A stretch of DNA of 64,000 nucleotides from Adineta vaga. Lineage: Eukaryota > Animalia > Rotifera. Below are positions 37,355 to 51,543 of this stretch, one piece after another. The stretch lies in contig CP075497.1 of the NCBI GenBank assembly GCA_021613535.1, forward strand, positions 806,001-870,000, written 5' to 3'. Position 1 is the first letter of the stretch, and each line of letters opens with the position of its first letter. The position numbers and the translations under genes were made by a program. The notes beneath the pieces were generated by a model. The model was not told the origin of the DNA and did not search any database. It saw nothing but the letters and a program-made list of their open reading frames with translations.

Positions 37355-38356
37355 TAGTGGCGTAACCAAGGGTGGGTTAGGCTGGGTGCCGCCCAACCAC
37401 GGAGGCTGTCCGCCCAGCCACCGGTCATTTTTAGAAAACTGTTTTATTTTAAATTTATACACGATTACTGATTATCACTATCTTTTAAAATAGTGCGTTC
37501 TATGTCATTGGACTAATCATTGTTTATTTCTATGTAACCAATAATATGCGTTTTTCTTATGTCTATGTTCATGTTGATATGTAACCAAATGATAAAGAAC
37601 GAAAACGCAATATTTTTCATTATTATTTTTTGTTCATCACTTAAGAAGAACAAACTTGATACTACTGTTTTTCATATTGATGAATTTTCATAAACAACAG
37701 AATCTGACTCAACCATGTCTTGCTAAATGAAGAGACCTGTCCGAATTTCGTGACTTCACAATCCTTAAGGAATTCTGAATTCCTTGAGTTTTGTGGATTC
37801 GTTGGATTCCGTGAGTTCCGTGGATTCTGTTGGTATTTTATTTACTCAGTATAGATGCCCAATTTAGTTTTATCAGTATTGTGCTCATATGAGTCATTTT
37901 TTGAATTCAGAATTCCTCAAGGATTGTGAATTCACGGAATTCGGACACTGCTGAATAAACAAGCGAGGTACTGTTTTAGAAAATATTTTAAAGGCCATAC
38001 AACTTTAAAGCTACACATTTTATGCTTGCTCTACGAAAAAGAAAATCATATCTCACCCTGAGGGCATAAATCGGGTATCACAGCAGGGAGGACGCAACTT
38101 TTCTTTTTTGCTTTCAAAAAATTTGTTTAGAAAAAGCTTTTTTTAAGCCTAAAATTTTTCTTTCACTTTGAAGACCAAAAAGGGGTTTTGGAAAGAAGGA
38201 GGCGCAAAACCCTATTTCTCTATCAATTTTCCGAAGCAGGGAAACGCAACGCTCCATACGGCCCATATTAGCGCTCCTGATCTTCCCAAAAATAACATTT
38301 TTCAAAAACCTTTAGGGCGCCGCCCAACCACCCGTCAAATCCTGGTTACGCCACTA
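37355..38356. mobile_element. 1-kb non-autonomous hAT, same TIR family as 36171-36241
   Basis: TIR tagtggcgtaacca; perfect 8-bp TSD gatatatg. Confidence 0.95.
37737..37950. mobile_element. Small MITE nested in the 1-kb hAT
   Basis: tgtccgaatttcgtgacttcacaatcctt pairs with aaggattgtgaattcacggaattcggaca. Confidence 0.7.
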
Positions 38357-40648
38357 GATATATGAGTGTTCATCAACCCTAACGGGCTTATGAAAGTGCA
38401 GCCTATAAAATACTTTCTCTATGGTTGATAAACTGAAAGGGTTTATAGGGTTAATGAACCCTTTGTAGGAATTTAGTAATCTACACTTTTTTTTACAGTG
38501 AATGGATAATTGTTCTCATGGATAAAAACCCAAAAATGCAACTGTTTATGATCACAATAAAGAATAAAGCTGTTGTATTGAATACAGATTAAAAAATAAC
38601 AGACTACTTAATTTGATACAAATCAGTATGTATGAGAATGAGAAAATAAAGAAGTGAATTTCTTATTACTTTAGTACAAATCACGGTCACTTTCTTCAAT
38701 TATTCGAAATCACGTAGAATTCACTAATTCTTATTGCTTCGTTGTAACTTACTTTTTTATGAGATGAAATGTCGTAAATATCGAAGAATATTGTTGTGCT
38801 CTGTGTACTTGTCGTCGTCAACTGAGATCATTACAAAAAATTTCTTGTCTATATATACGAACAGTACCGTTCTATTTGCTCTATGTTTTTTCTCTTCCCT
38901 CCGTTGATTCCAGCTAAAGAACAAGATCTATCTATACTATGCAAATATCATTTTCGTTCTCTTTCTTCTACTTGGTTTTTTCCCCACCATCACTGGTTCT
39001 GGTTCTTTTTCTTCATCTAATACCCTTCAAGCACATGACCTATTTTTTGCGCATTTATCTTATCGGCCGTCTGCTACTGTTTTCTTCCATATTTTCTTCG
39101 ACTTACATATTCTGTATACGATTTGAATATGTATGTCGTCTGTACTTTCCTTCCTTCCTTTCATGGTCGTTTCCTACATATACATATGGATGAATTGCAT
39201 TGGCATCGTAAGTCATGAAGCATTTCACAGTCCAAAAACAGTTGATTAAAACCGAAGAATGTTTTTTTTCTTCATATATCTATTATTTTAATGCATCGTG
39301 ACATTTTTTTTGAGTAAAATATAATTTTTTCAAGAGGGATACATGTTTACGAGCTGAATTGTTTCCTTACAGAAATGTCTCATAGTCAACTAAAAATGAG
39401 AAAAACAAAATCGAAAATCTGCCGCGACATTTAATGAAACAATAGCTACTTTTGTCGAGTATTTTTAAGTTTTTTATTCGATTCATAACTTTCATTTATA
39501 GATATCACTGAATGTTAGTAATTAGGATCTTCTCGACCCCAAAAATGAGAATGTCACAGAATTTGAAATTTTTAGAAAAAATTACGAAAATATGTTTAGT
39601 ACAAGTTTATACGTATGTAATTCTTTTCTTTCTTCCAAAGCAATTAACTATACAATACGAGCACAAATATCCATAGAGGTGCAATTATCGATAGATATGT
39701 ATGTGTTTATATTTCCATATGTGGCTTCTCCTTTTCTCTTTTCTCTTTCTGAACAGCGTATATTATTGGATCATAAGACACGACAGATGTTCTTTTCTCT
39801 ATAATGGCGTATAGTCGAAGAATTCATGTTTTCTTAATATTAATTCTGTGATATATCTAATATTTCCCTATTTTCTCTCTCTCAATACTCAACTAGAGAA
39901 TCACCCCAAGAACGTGTCGGCATATGTCATAATGAAATAGAAAGAATATTTTCATCGTAGAAAATATATATTCGAGCATAAAGCTTGATAAGATCAAGAA
40001 ATAAATGAAAACAAAAAGTCTTTTAAAATCAGATATCGAGTTTTGACTTGAATTAGCATCATATTTAATTGTATATTGAAAACCTTTCGCAATTCGCGAA
40101 ATGCAAATATGACTTGTATTGATTTGTTGACAAATATCGTTCTGTATTGAACGTTTATTATTATTTTAAATATTATAGAAATAAAAGATTCATATAAACT
40201 ATATCCGATGAGATATAGGAAATTACATAGTGAGGGTGAAAAAGAACTTGTTTCAACTCATGATTACTCATATAATGCTGATCTTATTATTCATACCGCT
40301 CTCAATTGTGAAACATTAGAACGTTTTGCTAGTAGTATACGTAAATATTGTTCAGATCATCGTGGTTCAATATTTAGTGAACTTTTTATTCAATTACTTG
40401 AACCATATGATCAAAGTGAAATTAAGAAAGAAAAATCAGATATCAAACAAAGTGATTTACGAAGATATGATTCATTAGGATTCTTTACCATCTTTGGATG
40501 AATCATTAAGATTATTACGAAGATTTATTTATATAAAGAAAGTTGAAGATATTGGATTAGAAAATCGAGGAAGATTAGTTGTGTATATTGTCATCGAACA
40601 CTTGAAGACGATCGACAATGTTCAAGAAAAAGAAATTATAGTTTCTTT

Positions 40649-40951
40649 TTAACGACAATCACAAGCATGTTTATAAACAAGAGTAATTTTACCATCTAAT
40701 TCATAATAAAAACCATAACGATAAAGATAATGATCACTTGAGTAAATACGACCTTCATTACTATAATAATGAACATGATGATCACGAATCTTACGACAAG
40801 TTGCATATGCATGACGACGCCATTCTTTTGAATTCTCATCAAAATACCAATCAGAACATTTCTTACACTTGGAACAAGCATAACCATCACAAAATAAAGA
40901 GTCTATTTTTGTATTATTGATAAAAGAAATAAACATCAATACTGCGATCAA
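40649..40951 (-). CDS. Small Cys/His/Tyr-rich hypothetical protein
   Basis: CDGYACSKCKKCSDW...ATC...ACDC spacing; 5' end uncertain. Confidence 0.35.
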   Translation of the reverse strand: MIAVLMFISFINNTKIDSLFCDGYACSKCKKCSDWYFDENSKEWRRHAYATCRKIRDHHVHYYSNEGRIYSSDHYLYRYGFYYELDGKITLVYKHACDCR

Positions 40952-41878
40952 TGTGAAGTTATTTTTAAGGAACGAAAAGAAAGGAAAAACCTATATCGCA
41001 ATATTTAATTTCATCATATTATAAATAAGAGAAGAAATAAAGAGAAATATCAATGTACGTATGAATACAATCCCAAAAATAATATGCATTCTCTTTTACA
41101 TTCATACAGATTATGATGATTATTGATGGAACGATGCCTATATTTTTTTCTCTTAGATCATATCGGTCTGATTCAAAACACGTAGTTATATACTCATTCA
41201 CATATAGAAGAGAACGCAAAAGAAAATATCATGTCTATATCAAGTAGAATATAATGAGAATAATCCAACAGATAAGAAAAATCGTATAATGTGTACATCA
41301 TATGTTAGTGAGAGTCTGTAGGAATATACAAGCAGAATTTAAAGATTTTATTTGTTTCTTCTATCTTTAAAATGAAAATACACAAGAATTTCTTTTATTT
41401 TGGATATTTAATGATAAAGTAAGAAAATCTTTCATATTCATTCGAGAGATGTATCGTCGTAGAAAGTTATAAACATGTTCTTATGATAAGTTTTTTTTTA
41501 TTAAAGAAGAGACTTTATAAGAAAAAAGCATATCATGTAAAATAGGTTGATCGACAAAAAGAAATCGAATATTTTAAATAAAATATTAACTGTAAAGAAT
41601 TTCATTTAGATCAATAAGTGTTTCCATATTCATCTTCTCATAAATTATCTGATCCGTATTTTTGACGTTTAATTTGACCGTCTCTGGTTATAATAAACGA
41701 ATGATTTGCTTGAATTTCAACATCAGAAAACAAAAGTTCTCCTGTGTGTATGAATATACTGATATCCATGCTACACCACTTGAGCGTTCGAATTTTTGAA
41801 ACTCCTCATACGGAATACGTACGACAGTACATTTATCCGCCGGTGTTACTGTTAGACTTACACCTGCAGTCTTATCGG

Positions 41879-44800
41879 CAGGGGTATCAGCGTTCCTCGT
41901 TCCCAAGCGTTCCATTCTCAAGAACGGAACGGATTCCAAACTACATTTTATAGTACTTTTTCGTACATAGTTAAGTTTCTGACACATAGTTATCCACATA
42001 TTAAACGAAAAGATTATCCGTTCTCAGAACGGCGAATGGGGAACGGGGAGTAGCGTTCCCATTCCTAGAGCGCGGAACGCCACTTGCGTTCCCCGTTCTC
42101 AGAACGGGAACGCATATTATATTTCAACATTCTACGAACGATGAATATAAAATAAAATTTATATAACTGGACTGTTGGGATTTGAGATCAGTTTAATACT
42201 GTGAAAGTGATATTCAAGATTTGTAATGTGAAGTTTTCACTGAAAAAGAACAGATGATTAAAATTTTATAATCAAAATGATGAAAAAATGTCGAAAATCT
42301 ATTTTGTAAATAAAACGAGGTATTGACTCCCTCATAGAATTACGACCACTTAATGTAATATTTAGTTAATTGAATAATCAATACTGAATCAAAAGTGAAA
42401 AAAACATTTTCTCGAAATACAGATCAAATTTCATGTACATGTGTACGAAAAGAAAAAGAAAGAATGAAAATGAAATGAACAGAATAATTGATTATATATG
42501 TTTGTTTATATATCCAACGGTATTTTCGTTTCGTTCTGCTCGCTCATTGCGGACGGCAATTGAACGACAATTCATTATATATCATTTTGCACTTAATTGC
42601 CCTTGAACTATATACTTTTTTTTTCACATATTCAACTAAACAAAATAGTTTCTTCTACTTTGCCGAAATAACTTTTCAATTGTTTAATCTTTTTTTGGCC
42701 TCTTGAAAATGAGTGGTAAATCTTCTCATCGTTCACTCTCACGAACATCTTCGATTTCGTCTGAACCTACAACACCAACTACAAGACGACAAAAATCTCA
42801 ACAGAGTTTGAACTCAACAATTAAAAAAACTTCCACCAATTCACCAAAACCTGGTAATCGTACATTGAGAAGACTTCAAACCAAATCAAAAACAGTCAAA
42901 TGGACTGATCAAAATGATTCAGATGACGATCAGCAACATAAAGATAATCAACAACAAAATCAATCAATTAATGAATCATCAAATACTACTGATCAAAATG
43001 TTTATGAAACTAATCCAGAAGCTATCATCAAATCCCTTTCAATATCCAATCAAGACACAATTATCAATGGTACCAAGAGCCAAATCACAGTTCCTTCAAA
43101 TGATGAATCTAACAATGACATTGAAGAAAACGAATCTTATTCAAAGAAAGACAATGAATGTAATGTTAGTCAGAAGAAAATTGGACATCCGAAAACGAAA
43201 CAAGAAGTCTCAAAATTATTTCATGAATATCAATCTAACAAAGAAACTTATTATGCTTGTAAATTTTGTCCAACGGTAAGGAATATTTAATTATTTTATT
43301 GAAAGAGAAAGAATATGTGTAAACTTTCGAAACTGATGAAACACTTTTACGTTGATCAAGTTTATCATTATGAATAAATGATATAAAATATTGTGTTTTA
43401 TGCATCCTTTTTCATTTTGTGAAACGAATTATCATGAATCGATGTTGCAGAATAAATCAATAATAGTTTAAAATTCTTCTTTCCTAACAATCAATCGTCT
43501 TTTTTCTTTTTTCTCGAGAAAACATACGAGTTGTAATTCGTAAGTTCTTATATTTTATATCGGCATACGATCTATTCGATATCATTCTATTTCATTTCAC
43601 TTACAATATGATTTAGAAATTGATCAATTATCACTAAATTAATTTTATAATCTTTATTTGAAAGAATGTTGGCAAGCTTTGAAATAAGCTGCAAATCGAT
43701 AAAAATTGAATGTAAATACTAGTTGTAGTTCAGACTATATTATGCATTATTTACAGAAGGTTCTGAGGTTTCTATTGAACTTTCCTACACGTGAAACAAA
43801 TGAAAAAAAGTATATAATCAAGCTGATGTCGAATAAAATTGAACCTTTTGGATTTTACATAAAATTGAAGAAATTTATAAATGCTTTTAACATAAGCTAT
43901 TGATAGTTATCTCGTATGGACATCGAGAGCATTCTAAGACTTCAAAAAAAGGTTTATTCTTATATAAGAAATATCTATATATTACAGAAAAAGATTAATA
44001 AATGATGGGAGTTAAGTACATAATACTAATAATGATTAAATAGAAAACATCTCTTTATTTTTCATCATGAAATTCAATTATTATTTTTTTATTTCACCAT
44101 AGACAATAAAAAAACAAAGTCGATCAACAGCAAATCTTCGTCGACACGTTGGTTTTGCTCACGGCGAAACAACATATTTGTTTAAATCTCAACTTAAACA
44201 ACGTCGTTCTAATGATTCTTTATTGTCTAATGAATTAAAGAAAAAATTAGATGAAAAACAAGTTAATGCAATAATTCTTGATTCTCGTCCTTTCGGCGAT
44301 TTTTCAAAAGAAGGCATGCGAGATTTCCTTGATACTGCCGTTCCTGGTTATAAACCACTTCATCGAACTACCGTGCGAAAGCGAATTAGCAAATTATATA
44401 CGGAACACCGACACAAACTTCGACAAATTTTAGAAAGTATATCGGATTTGGCATTAACAACCGATATATGGACAGACAGTCGACATCGATGTTTTATTGG
44501 AATAACCGGTCATTTTTACGATAAAAACTATAATTTTATTTCGTTAGTATTCAGCTTTCAAATGATTCGTGGTCGACACCTTGCTGTTCGACTTGCTAAA
44601 TTCATTAAACATGAACTTCTTGATTTGAATATTCAAAACAAGGTACGATCAATTACAACGGATAATGCACCAAAAATTGTGAGTGCCGTTTTCAAACTTG
44701 GTATTGGAGAACATTACTCGTGCATGGCACACAATCTTCATCTTATGGTTAAATCAATATTATTTCCAACAGAGAAGAAAAAGTAAGAAGATTTCCATTT

Positions 44801-47800
44801 TATTATTTATTGACCTAAATTAGATCAACAGGATTCTCGTCAGAAAGTCGAAGTGAATTTGTTTTGTTATACATGTTAGGAGCTACTACATGAAATACAT
44901 AGATATGAGTTGCTTAATTTCAAATTTCTGTTACTCATTCATATCAAGAAAAAATCGTAGCTCTAGTCGCATCATAGGAAACTTTTTGCGACAGTAAGTA
45001 GTTGTATTGAGATGTGATAGCGAATACTTTAAACGTTTAGTTTTCATTTTTATATGTTTAATGTGAAAATAGTACATTTTAAACTGGCTAGAGACGTCAA
45101 GGTAACGATTCTCAGTTAATATAAGATCAGTTTCCACTGAATCTATTATATTTGCAGATACTATTTTAATTGTCAATAGTTAGAAAAGTATCATTTTACA
45201 AAACGAATTGGGTATTATCTCGTCAATAATATAAACAGGAAATATACCAGACTATTGTAAAAAATGTTTGTTGTTGCTGGCATATAATAATAAGAAATAT
45301 GAGCTACATTTCTTATCCATTTTTAAGTCTCAACTTACGCTATTCCCTGTGTCCTCTCGCTTTAGAAAATCATCATCATTTACTTCAGCATCAATTACCA
45401 ATCAACAATCTAACGATCATTCCACAGATGATGATGATGAGTCGTCTAATGATTATGCAACATCCGAAGAAGATTCAACTAACAACTACATTGATCAAGG
45501 TGATGATACGTCGACTAGTAATTCAGAAGATTCAAGTGCAGAAGAAGAGTATTCAACATCCGAAAGCGAAGAAGATGACAATGAAATTTTATCAACAGAT
45601 GCTCCTATTGATAAAACAATTTTACGTATGCGTTGTTTAATCAAAAAGGTTCGATCTCTTATTGGATTGGTACATCATTCCGTTCCAGTAGATGAATATG
45701 TTCAAGAAGAAGCTAAAATTAAAAATCTTTCAGGTCAAGTAAGTAATCAATACGTAAAAAAACTTTCATCTCAAAATATAAAGTATCCCTTATCTCGATA
45801 TAATATGATGAAACTTGAAAGTTCGTTCGCTAAGTTGAGAAATAATGTACATTCCTATCTATAATGGATTGATCAATGATTGTGAAACAAGATGGAATTC
45901 TTGTTTTAAAATGCTTAAACGGTTCATTGAATATCGTCCAATCATTGAAAATATAACTATTCTTCATCGATCCTCCATTGATGGTTTGACTTCTAATATG
46001 TCTTCTGAACTGTCAAAATTTATCTTTACACCAGATGATTGGAAACATCTAAACGCCATCCTCAATGTGTTGAACCTAGTCGATCAAGCTTGTAATATCA
46101 TATCTAGACAAAAATATCATACTTCATCAATGGGTTACCTTGTTACATGTGGTCTACATCATGCACTTCTTAAACCATCGTCAAGTTCTTTTGCAACGAT
46201 TGAAGATATCCTGAAGAAACATCTTTTCAATGCTTTTCAACAACATTTTGATAGTAGAATGTCAAATGAACATAAGCATGCTTTACTGGTAAGTTTTTGC
46301 TTTGTTGTTGGGAACTTTTCTCCTATACTTTAAGCTTAATTATATATTTATATATACTGAAGAATTTTTTAAAATAAGAACTTATCACAAAGCTTTTTAA
46401 TAAGTCATGCCTCTTAATATGTAATTCGATAATAAATTTACATGAAAGAATACAGAAACTATTGTTTCTCATTAGAAAGCATCTTATTCAAAAATTATTT
46501 GAAAGTAATAAAAAATAGAATTAAGTAATTTGAGTGACACATCTATAACCGAAAAGTATGGTTCGTCAAAAAATTCATGTTGTTAAACATTTTCCGCATA
46601 GACCGTGAAAGAATTAATTTTTCTGTGATCTTGTCTTGAGGTAATCTCAGTTACAAAGACTAGTTTATTTATTGAAAGATATAAAGTGATTAGCTTATGA
46701 AGGTCGTTTATAAAGAGTATTTATAAGAGAAACTGACAATAGATTGTTTACTTTATTCTTATACACATAGAACTATTGCCATTTTTTATACCTAACGAAT
46801 TATTTTATATTATTTTTGTTCATAGATTGCTACATATCTTGATCCATCAACATTTCATCGAATGGTTGACAAAGATAAAAATTATGCTGAAGAATTAATA
46901 TTAGATGTATTGAATTCTAATACTTCATTTTCATCAAATCAAAATATTCCTTCGGTTGGAAATGTATCACAATCGCAAATGAGCGATCCTGTCGATGTGT
47001 TTTTAATTAACAAGATCATGTCCTTTCATGTGTTTTATGAAATCAGAACCAACTCTTCATACATTTATAATCTAGTAAGAAAGGACTCATATACTTATTT
47101 ATCAAAAAGCTACTTTAAACAAATGCGCTATGATGGGATTAATGTATATTGCGATAATGATAGAAAGTTAAAACCAATGATTCGTTTGTATATAGATAAC
47201 ATTATTGTACTATTATCAAACGAATGTATTTCATATAGTTTAATTTAACAAACTAAGTTACATCTGATTTCACGTTATTTATATTTGCTCTTTGAATTTT
47301 ATTAGATATTCTCATGAATGCAGTGTCATTTGATATTTAGTAAAAGGGCTGTTATTCTCATTTGAAAAGCATTGTAATAAGTTATTTCGAAGAGTATCAT
47401 ATTTTGATGGTTTTATATATATGTACCAATGAACAGTATAACATGCTTTTGGAAAGAAAGGAATGAATTCACCTAAAATGAATTCGTAAGCGAAAGAGCT
47501 GATTAGTAAGTACAATAATTACTATATTTGTTGTATGACGTTCTAATAAGACAAAAGTCTATGCTAAGTATAACATTTGTTTATAAAAAGAATATTTTTA
47601 CATATTTCTTGTTTCACGAATGTTAGATCGATATTTGCATTCCCCGTTCCTAGGAACGAAGAATGAAATTTGCGTTCCCCATTTCGGGAACGGGGAACGC
47701 TACACATAATTTACTCTTCTTAAAAGAAGAAGTCGTATTCCAATCTTGTCGCAACAGGTAAACAACCAGAAAGAAGTGTAATTTGCAGCGTTCCCCGTAC

Positions 47801-47863
47801 TAGGAACGGGAACGGTACCCGCGTTCCCATTCTTCAGAACGGAACGCAAAAGTGACACCCCTG
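41879..47863 (+). mobile_element. hAT DNA transposon (6 kb), internally deleted
   Basis: TIR caggggtatca / tgacacccctg; GTTCCCCGTTC-type subterminal repeats at both ends; contains transposase exons. No matching TSD. Confidence 0.85.
42709..46996 (+). pseudogene. Spliced hAT transposase (BED finger + DDE core) lacking the C-terminal catalytic Glu/dimerisation region
   Basis: YACKFC | STANLRRHVGFAH, LTTDIWTD, ITTDNA, CMAHNLHL, ETRWNS and TYLDP. Exons about 42709-43275, 44103-44782, 45366-45738, 45870-46288 and 46826-46996. Confidence 0.85.
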
Positions 47864-48670
47864 CATTAAATAATACACATATAAATCCTATTAGTTTTTC
47901 ATCACAAAATAATTATCGAAAATATACAAAAAAAGATTATCAATTAATTAAATTATTTTTATTCAAGTTATTGTTTTTATTTTATATGTAACACAAACAA
48001 ATATTAAAAGTCTTAATCGTTTAGTTATTGACTCATTTATTAATACAATTGTAACAAATCTTGCTTATACTCATTGTTCAGTACGTTATTTTAAATTAAA
48101 TTAAATTTAAATTTCGATTTTATATTTTAGTTAGCATTTTATTTATATACAATGACATCGAAAGAATTTCGAAAAGAATGTTATTCAATTTATCAATATA
48201 TTAAACGACAATTTATGAATCGATTTCAATAACAAAAAAAATTATTTCATTGTTGAATAAAAGTTTATTAAGCATTTTAATTCTGAATAAAAATACTAAT
48301 CACTGTGATTTCGTTTGCTCTTCGATTCTTCGGTTCGATTGTCATCTTCTGTCAGTATTCGATGAGCACTTGATTTGAATATGCCATATTACTTAGCCAA
48401 ACGTTGAGTTGTTGACAGCTGGATGAAGCCAGTGTCACAGATCATTTTACACCATCGTCACTTTTTATTTTGTATCGAAAGCCCAATATAGATTCTTGTG
48501 GAGGATAAAAAGACGACCTTTTAAATTAACTCATCAGAGTTACAAATGTATCGATTTTTATGACGCTCCGGTCAGTGATTGTGTGGTATCGATCAAGTCT
48601 AATAAGAAATGATAGAATTGCGAAATTAATAGAACTTTATTTGAAGATTAGAAAAACGAGTAAAGTATGT

Positions 48671-50992
48671 TCAAGAATTGTTTTTAATTAAATCTGCAGC
48701 TCTTTCGGCCATTGCAATAGTTGGAATGTTCGTATTACCGGAGACAAGCGTTGGCATAATACTTGCATCTACAACACGCAGACCTTTTACACCTTTAACG
48801 CGCGTATCAGGAGTTACAACCGCCATTGGATCTTCTTCTTTGCCCATTTTACACGTACCAATAGGATGGTAAACTGTAAGACTATATTTTCGAACATACG
48901 ATTCCCAAAATTGGTCTTGATTTTCACTTGTCGCATTTTCATTTCTGTCGTCCATCATCAGTTCAAGTACACTATTTAACGGTTCAGTTTTACAAATTTG
49001 ATCAGTTATTTTGTATGCTTCAATTAATTTGCGAACATCTTCATTGTCTTCTAAATAATTTGGATCAATAATTGGATGTACGAAAGGATCATTACTCGCA
49101 AGAGTTATTTCTCCTCTTGATTTCGGATGAAGAAGTACAGGAAGAGCAATCACAGTCCATTGCTGATCTTCACAAAATTTTGGCTTCAAATATTTCTCAT
49201 ACACCTCTGGTTTAAAGTTCAAAAGCCGGCAAAAATCAGCATCAGCTGTCAGTGAACATAAAAGTAGTTGAATGTCAGGATATTGTGTTTTGTCTAGAAA
49301 AATACCGAGATGCAATTAGAAAAAAACCAAGAATTTAGTCTAGACCGCACTTACTATTGTCATCCACTTGGAACCAAGCTTATGATCCACCAACACCTGA
49401 TGCTAAAGGTCCTTTTCCTTCATTCTTCCAAAGCTGGTGATTCTCTACTGTTGCATCACGACTTGAAAGTGTTGGCAGTCGACTTAGATAAAACAGAGGA
49501 GTCATCAAATGATCTTGTAAATTTTTACCAACTCCAGGTAGATTAACGACCAAAGGTATTTTATGTTTTTCTAATTCGTTTTGGGGACCAATTCCGGATA
49601 GGAGAAGTATTTGAGCACTACCTATTGTGCCTGCTGATAATATTACTTCTTTACTTGTGATGAATTCCTCTTTTTCAGATGAATTATCACGTTTAACAAT
49701 AACTCCTAAATACATAAAAGCATTTCGTGCACAGAGTACAATATCTTTTGGTTGCGTGTCTATCTCGAAATAAGAACATAAAAATGTGTCGATGTATACA
49801 AACAATGTAAAAGACACGCTCGTATCTTAGTTATACTTTAAGACTTGAAACTTGAACTCCTCTCAAATTATTCCTAGCTCATTGGGATATGCATATGGAG
49901 TGGTGGCACAAATGTGGAAAAAGTACTTGTATTACTCTTTATTATCAACCTCATCGGCTGATTATCGCAAATGAGAAATCTAGACTGTGGAAACATAAAA
50001 TAAGTCAAATCTTCGATACGACGACTAAAATGACAATCAACTGGCACATCCATCGTTGTCTTAGGATTTAGGGCAAAGTATTAAAAATAACTTTAATTCT
50101 ACTAACCAGTAGCTTGTTTATGTGCATCAAATACGATTCGACAGGTGTGCGCATGTATTAATATATCAAGATTTTCTCGTTTAACCGCCGTCAAGAGATA
50201 ACCACTTGCTGTTGACCAACGTTTGCCATTCTTTGTCGAAATTTGTGACATTGATACACATCCATTTAGACTTTTTTCTGCATTATAATCTTCAATCTCA
50301 CGATATCCATTCTTCTCACATGCTTCAATAAACATTGGATCCATAGGATTGTCTTTTTGCACCATGATCACATCCATCATTCCACTGTCTTGATCATGAT
50401 TGCGGAATTTCTCATTCTTCGGAATAGTATTCAGATCAGCACGTTCTAGTTTTTTAAAATATGGCAACATTTCTGTAAATGACCACTGTGGCAAATCCCA
50501 ATTATCATAGTCGAGTGCATCACCACGAACATATTGCATATAGTTTATTGAAGAACAACCACCTAGAACTTTGCCACGTGGCCAGTTACTTTGTTGATTG
50601 ACACAACCAAAGTGTGAATGAAGTTGAGGCGTAGTCTTATATTGCCAATCAATTTCGCTGCCTTGACATTTAGTACTAAAACATATCAAAAACCACTGAT
50701 GTTACTCTGTACATGAAAACATTTCTTCTTTCACTCACCTAGCACCGGGCATAAGTATTTCTTCGTGTGTATCTGCACCGCCAGCTTCAATCAGAAGAAT
50801 TCGTTTATCTTTTTGCTCGGACAATCGATTGGCTAAGACAGCACCTGCTGAGCCTGATCCAACGATAATATAATCATATATAACTCCATCCGTCTTGGTT
50901 TGTGAAAAGTCACACTCCCAGCGTTCTACAACAGTCGCTGATTCACTAACAACTGGTGCAGCAGTCTCTTCACCAATGCTTGTTTTCAACAT
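48671..50992 (-). CDS. GMC oxidoreductase (choline/glucose dehydrogenase-like), 4 exons
   Basis: [62 protein letters not shown] and [16 protein letters not shown]. Introns about 50738-50676, 50106-49706 and 49379-49294. Confidence 0.95.
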
Positions 50993-51543
50993 CTGTCTTC
51001 TGTCTATCTATATGTATAAAGAAAAATGTTTGTTTATCTGTCAGTTTGGTATACATTCAGTCATCGTGATAGCTATCGTCATCAAACATTTCATGCGAAA
51101 TCTCTTGGTTAAGTGGAGTTTTCAGAGGGAGTCAAGGCCGCTAACCGAGGGTGAGGAATGAGGATAGACCCGTAGAAGTGGACTGACGAATACACGATTG
51201 AAAAACGGTATTGACTAGAACATACGCAAAAGTACACATTGAACTATGTAGTAATGAAATGAGCTTGCGACGATTAGATCATTCGTTTTCTGCTTCAATA
51301 ATAGATGTAAATCGTGTTTTTGGAATGCATTGTATGTGCCGCATGTCAGCTGGAAGAAATGCGCCACAGCGAGTATCCCATATCGTAAGATAAGATATAT
51401 TCTATCGTTTTATTACAACATGTAACAGAGCTGAGAGAAAGAAAAAAAGAAAACCGTTAAAATGAAATCTTCTTTTTTTCTGTTCCTTACAAAAAGTACA
51501 CACGTGGTATAGTGGAAAAAGACCGAAAAGAAAAATGTCGAAA

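Noticed and set aside
33476-39804. Short track ORFs in the TE nest
   Set aside because: They overlap TIRs or low-complexity DNA and have no recognisable motifs.
40208-40650. Possible macro-domain or other decayed gene
   Set aside because: Only a weak ADLIIH resemblance, with broken frames; unsupported.
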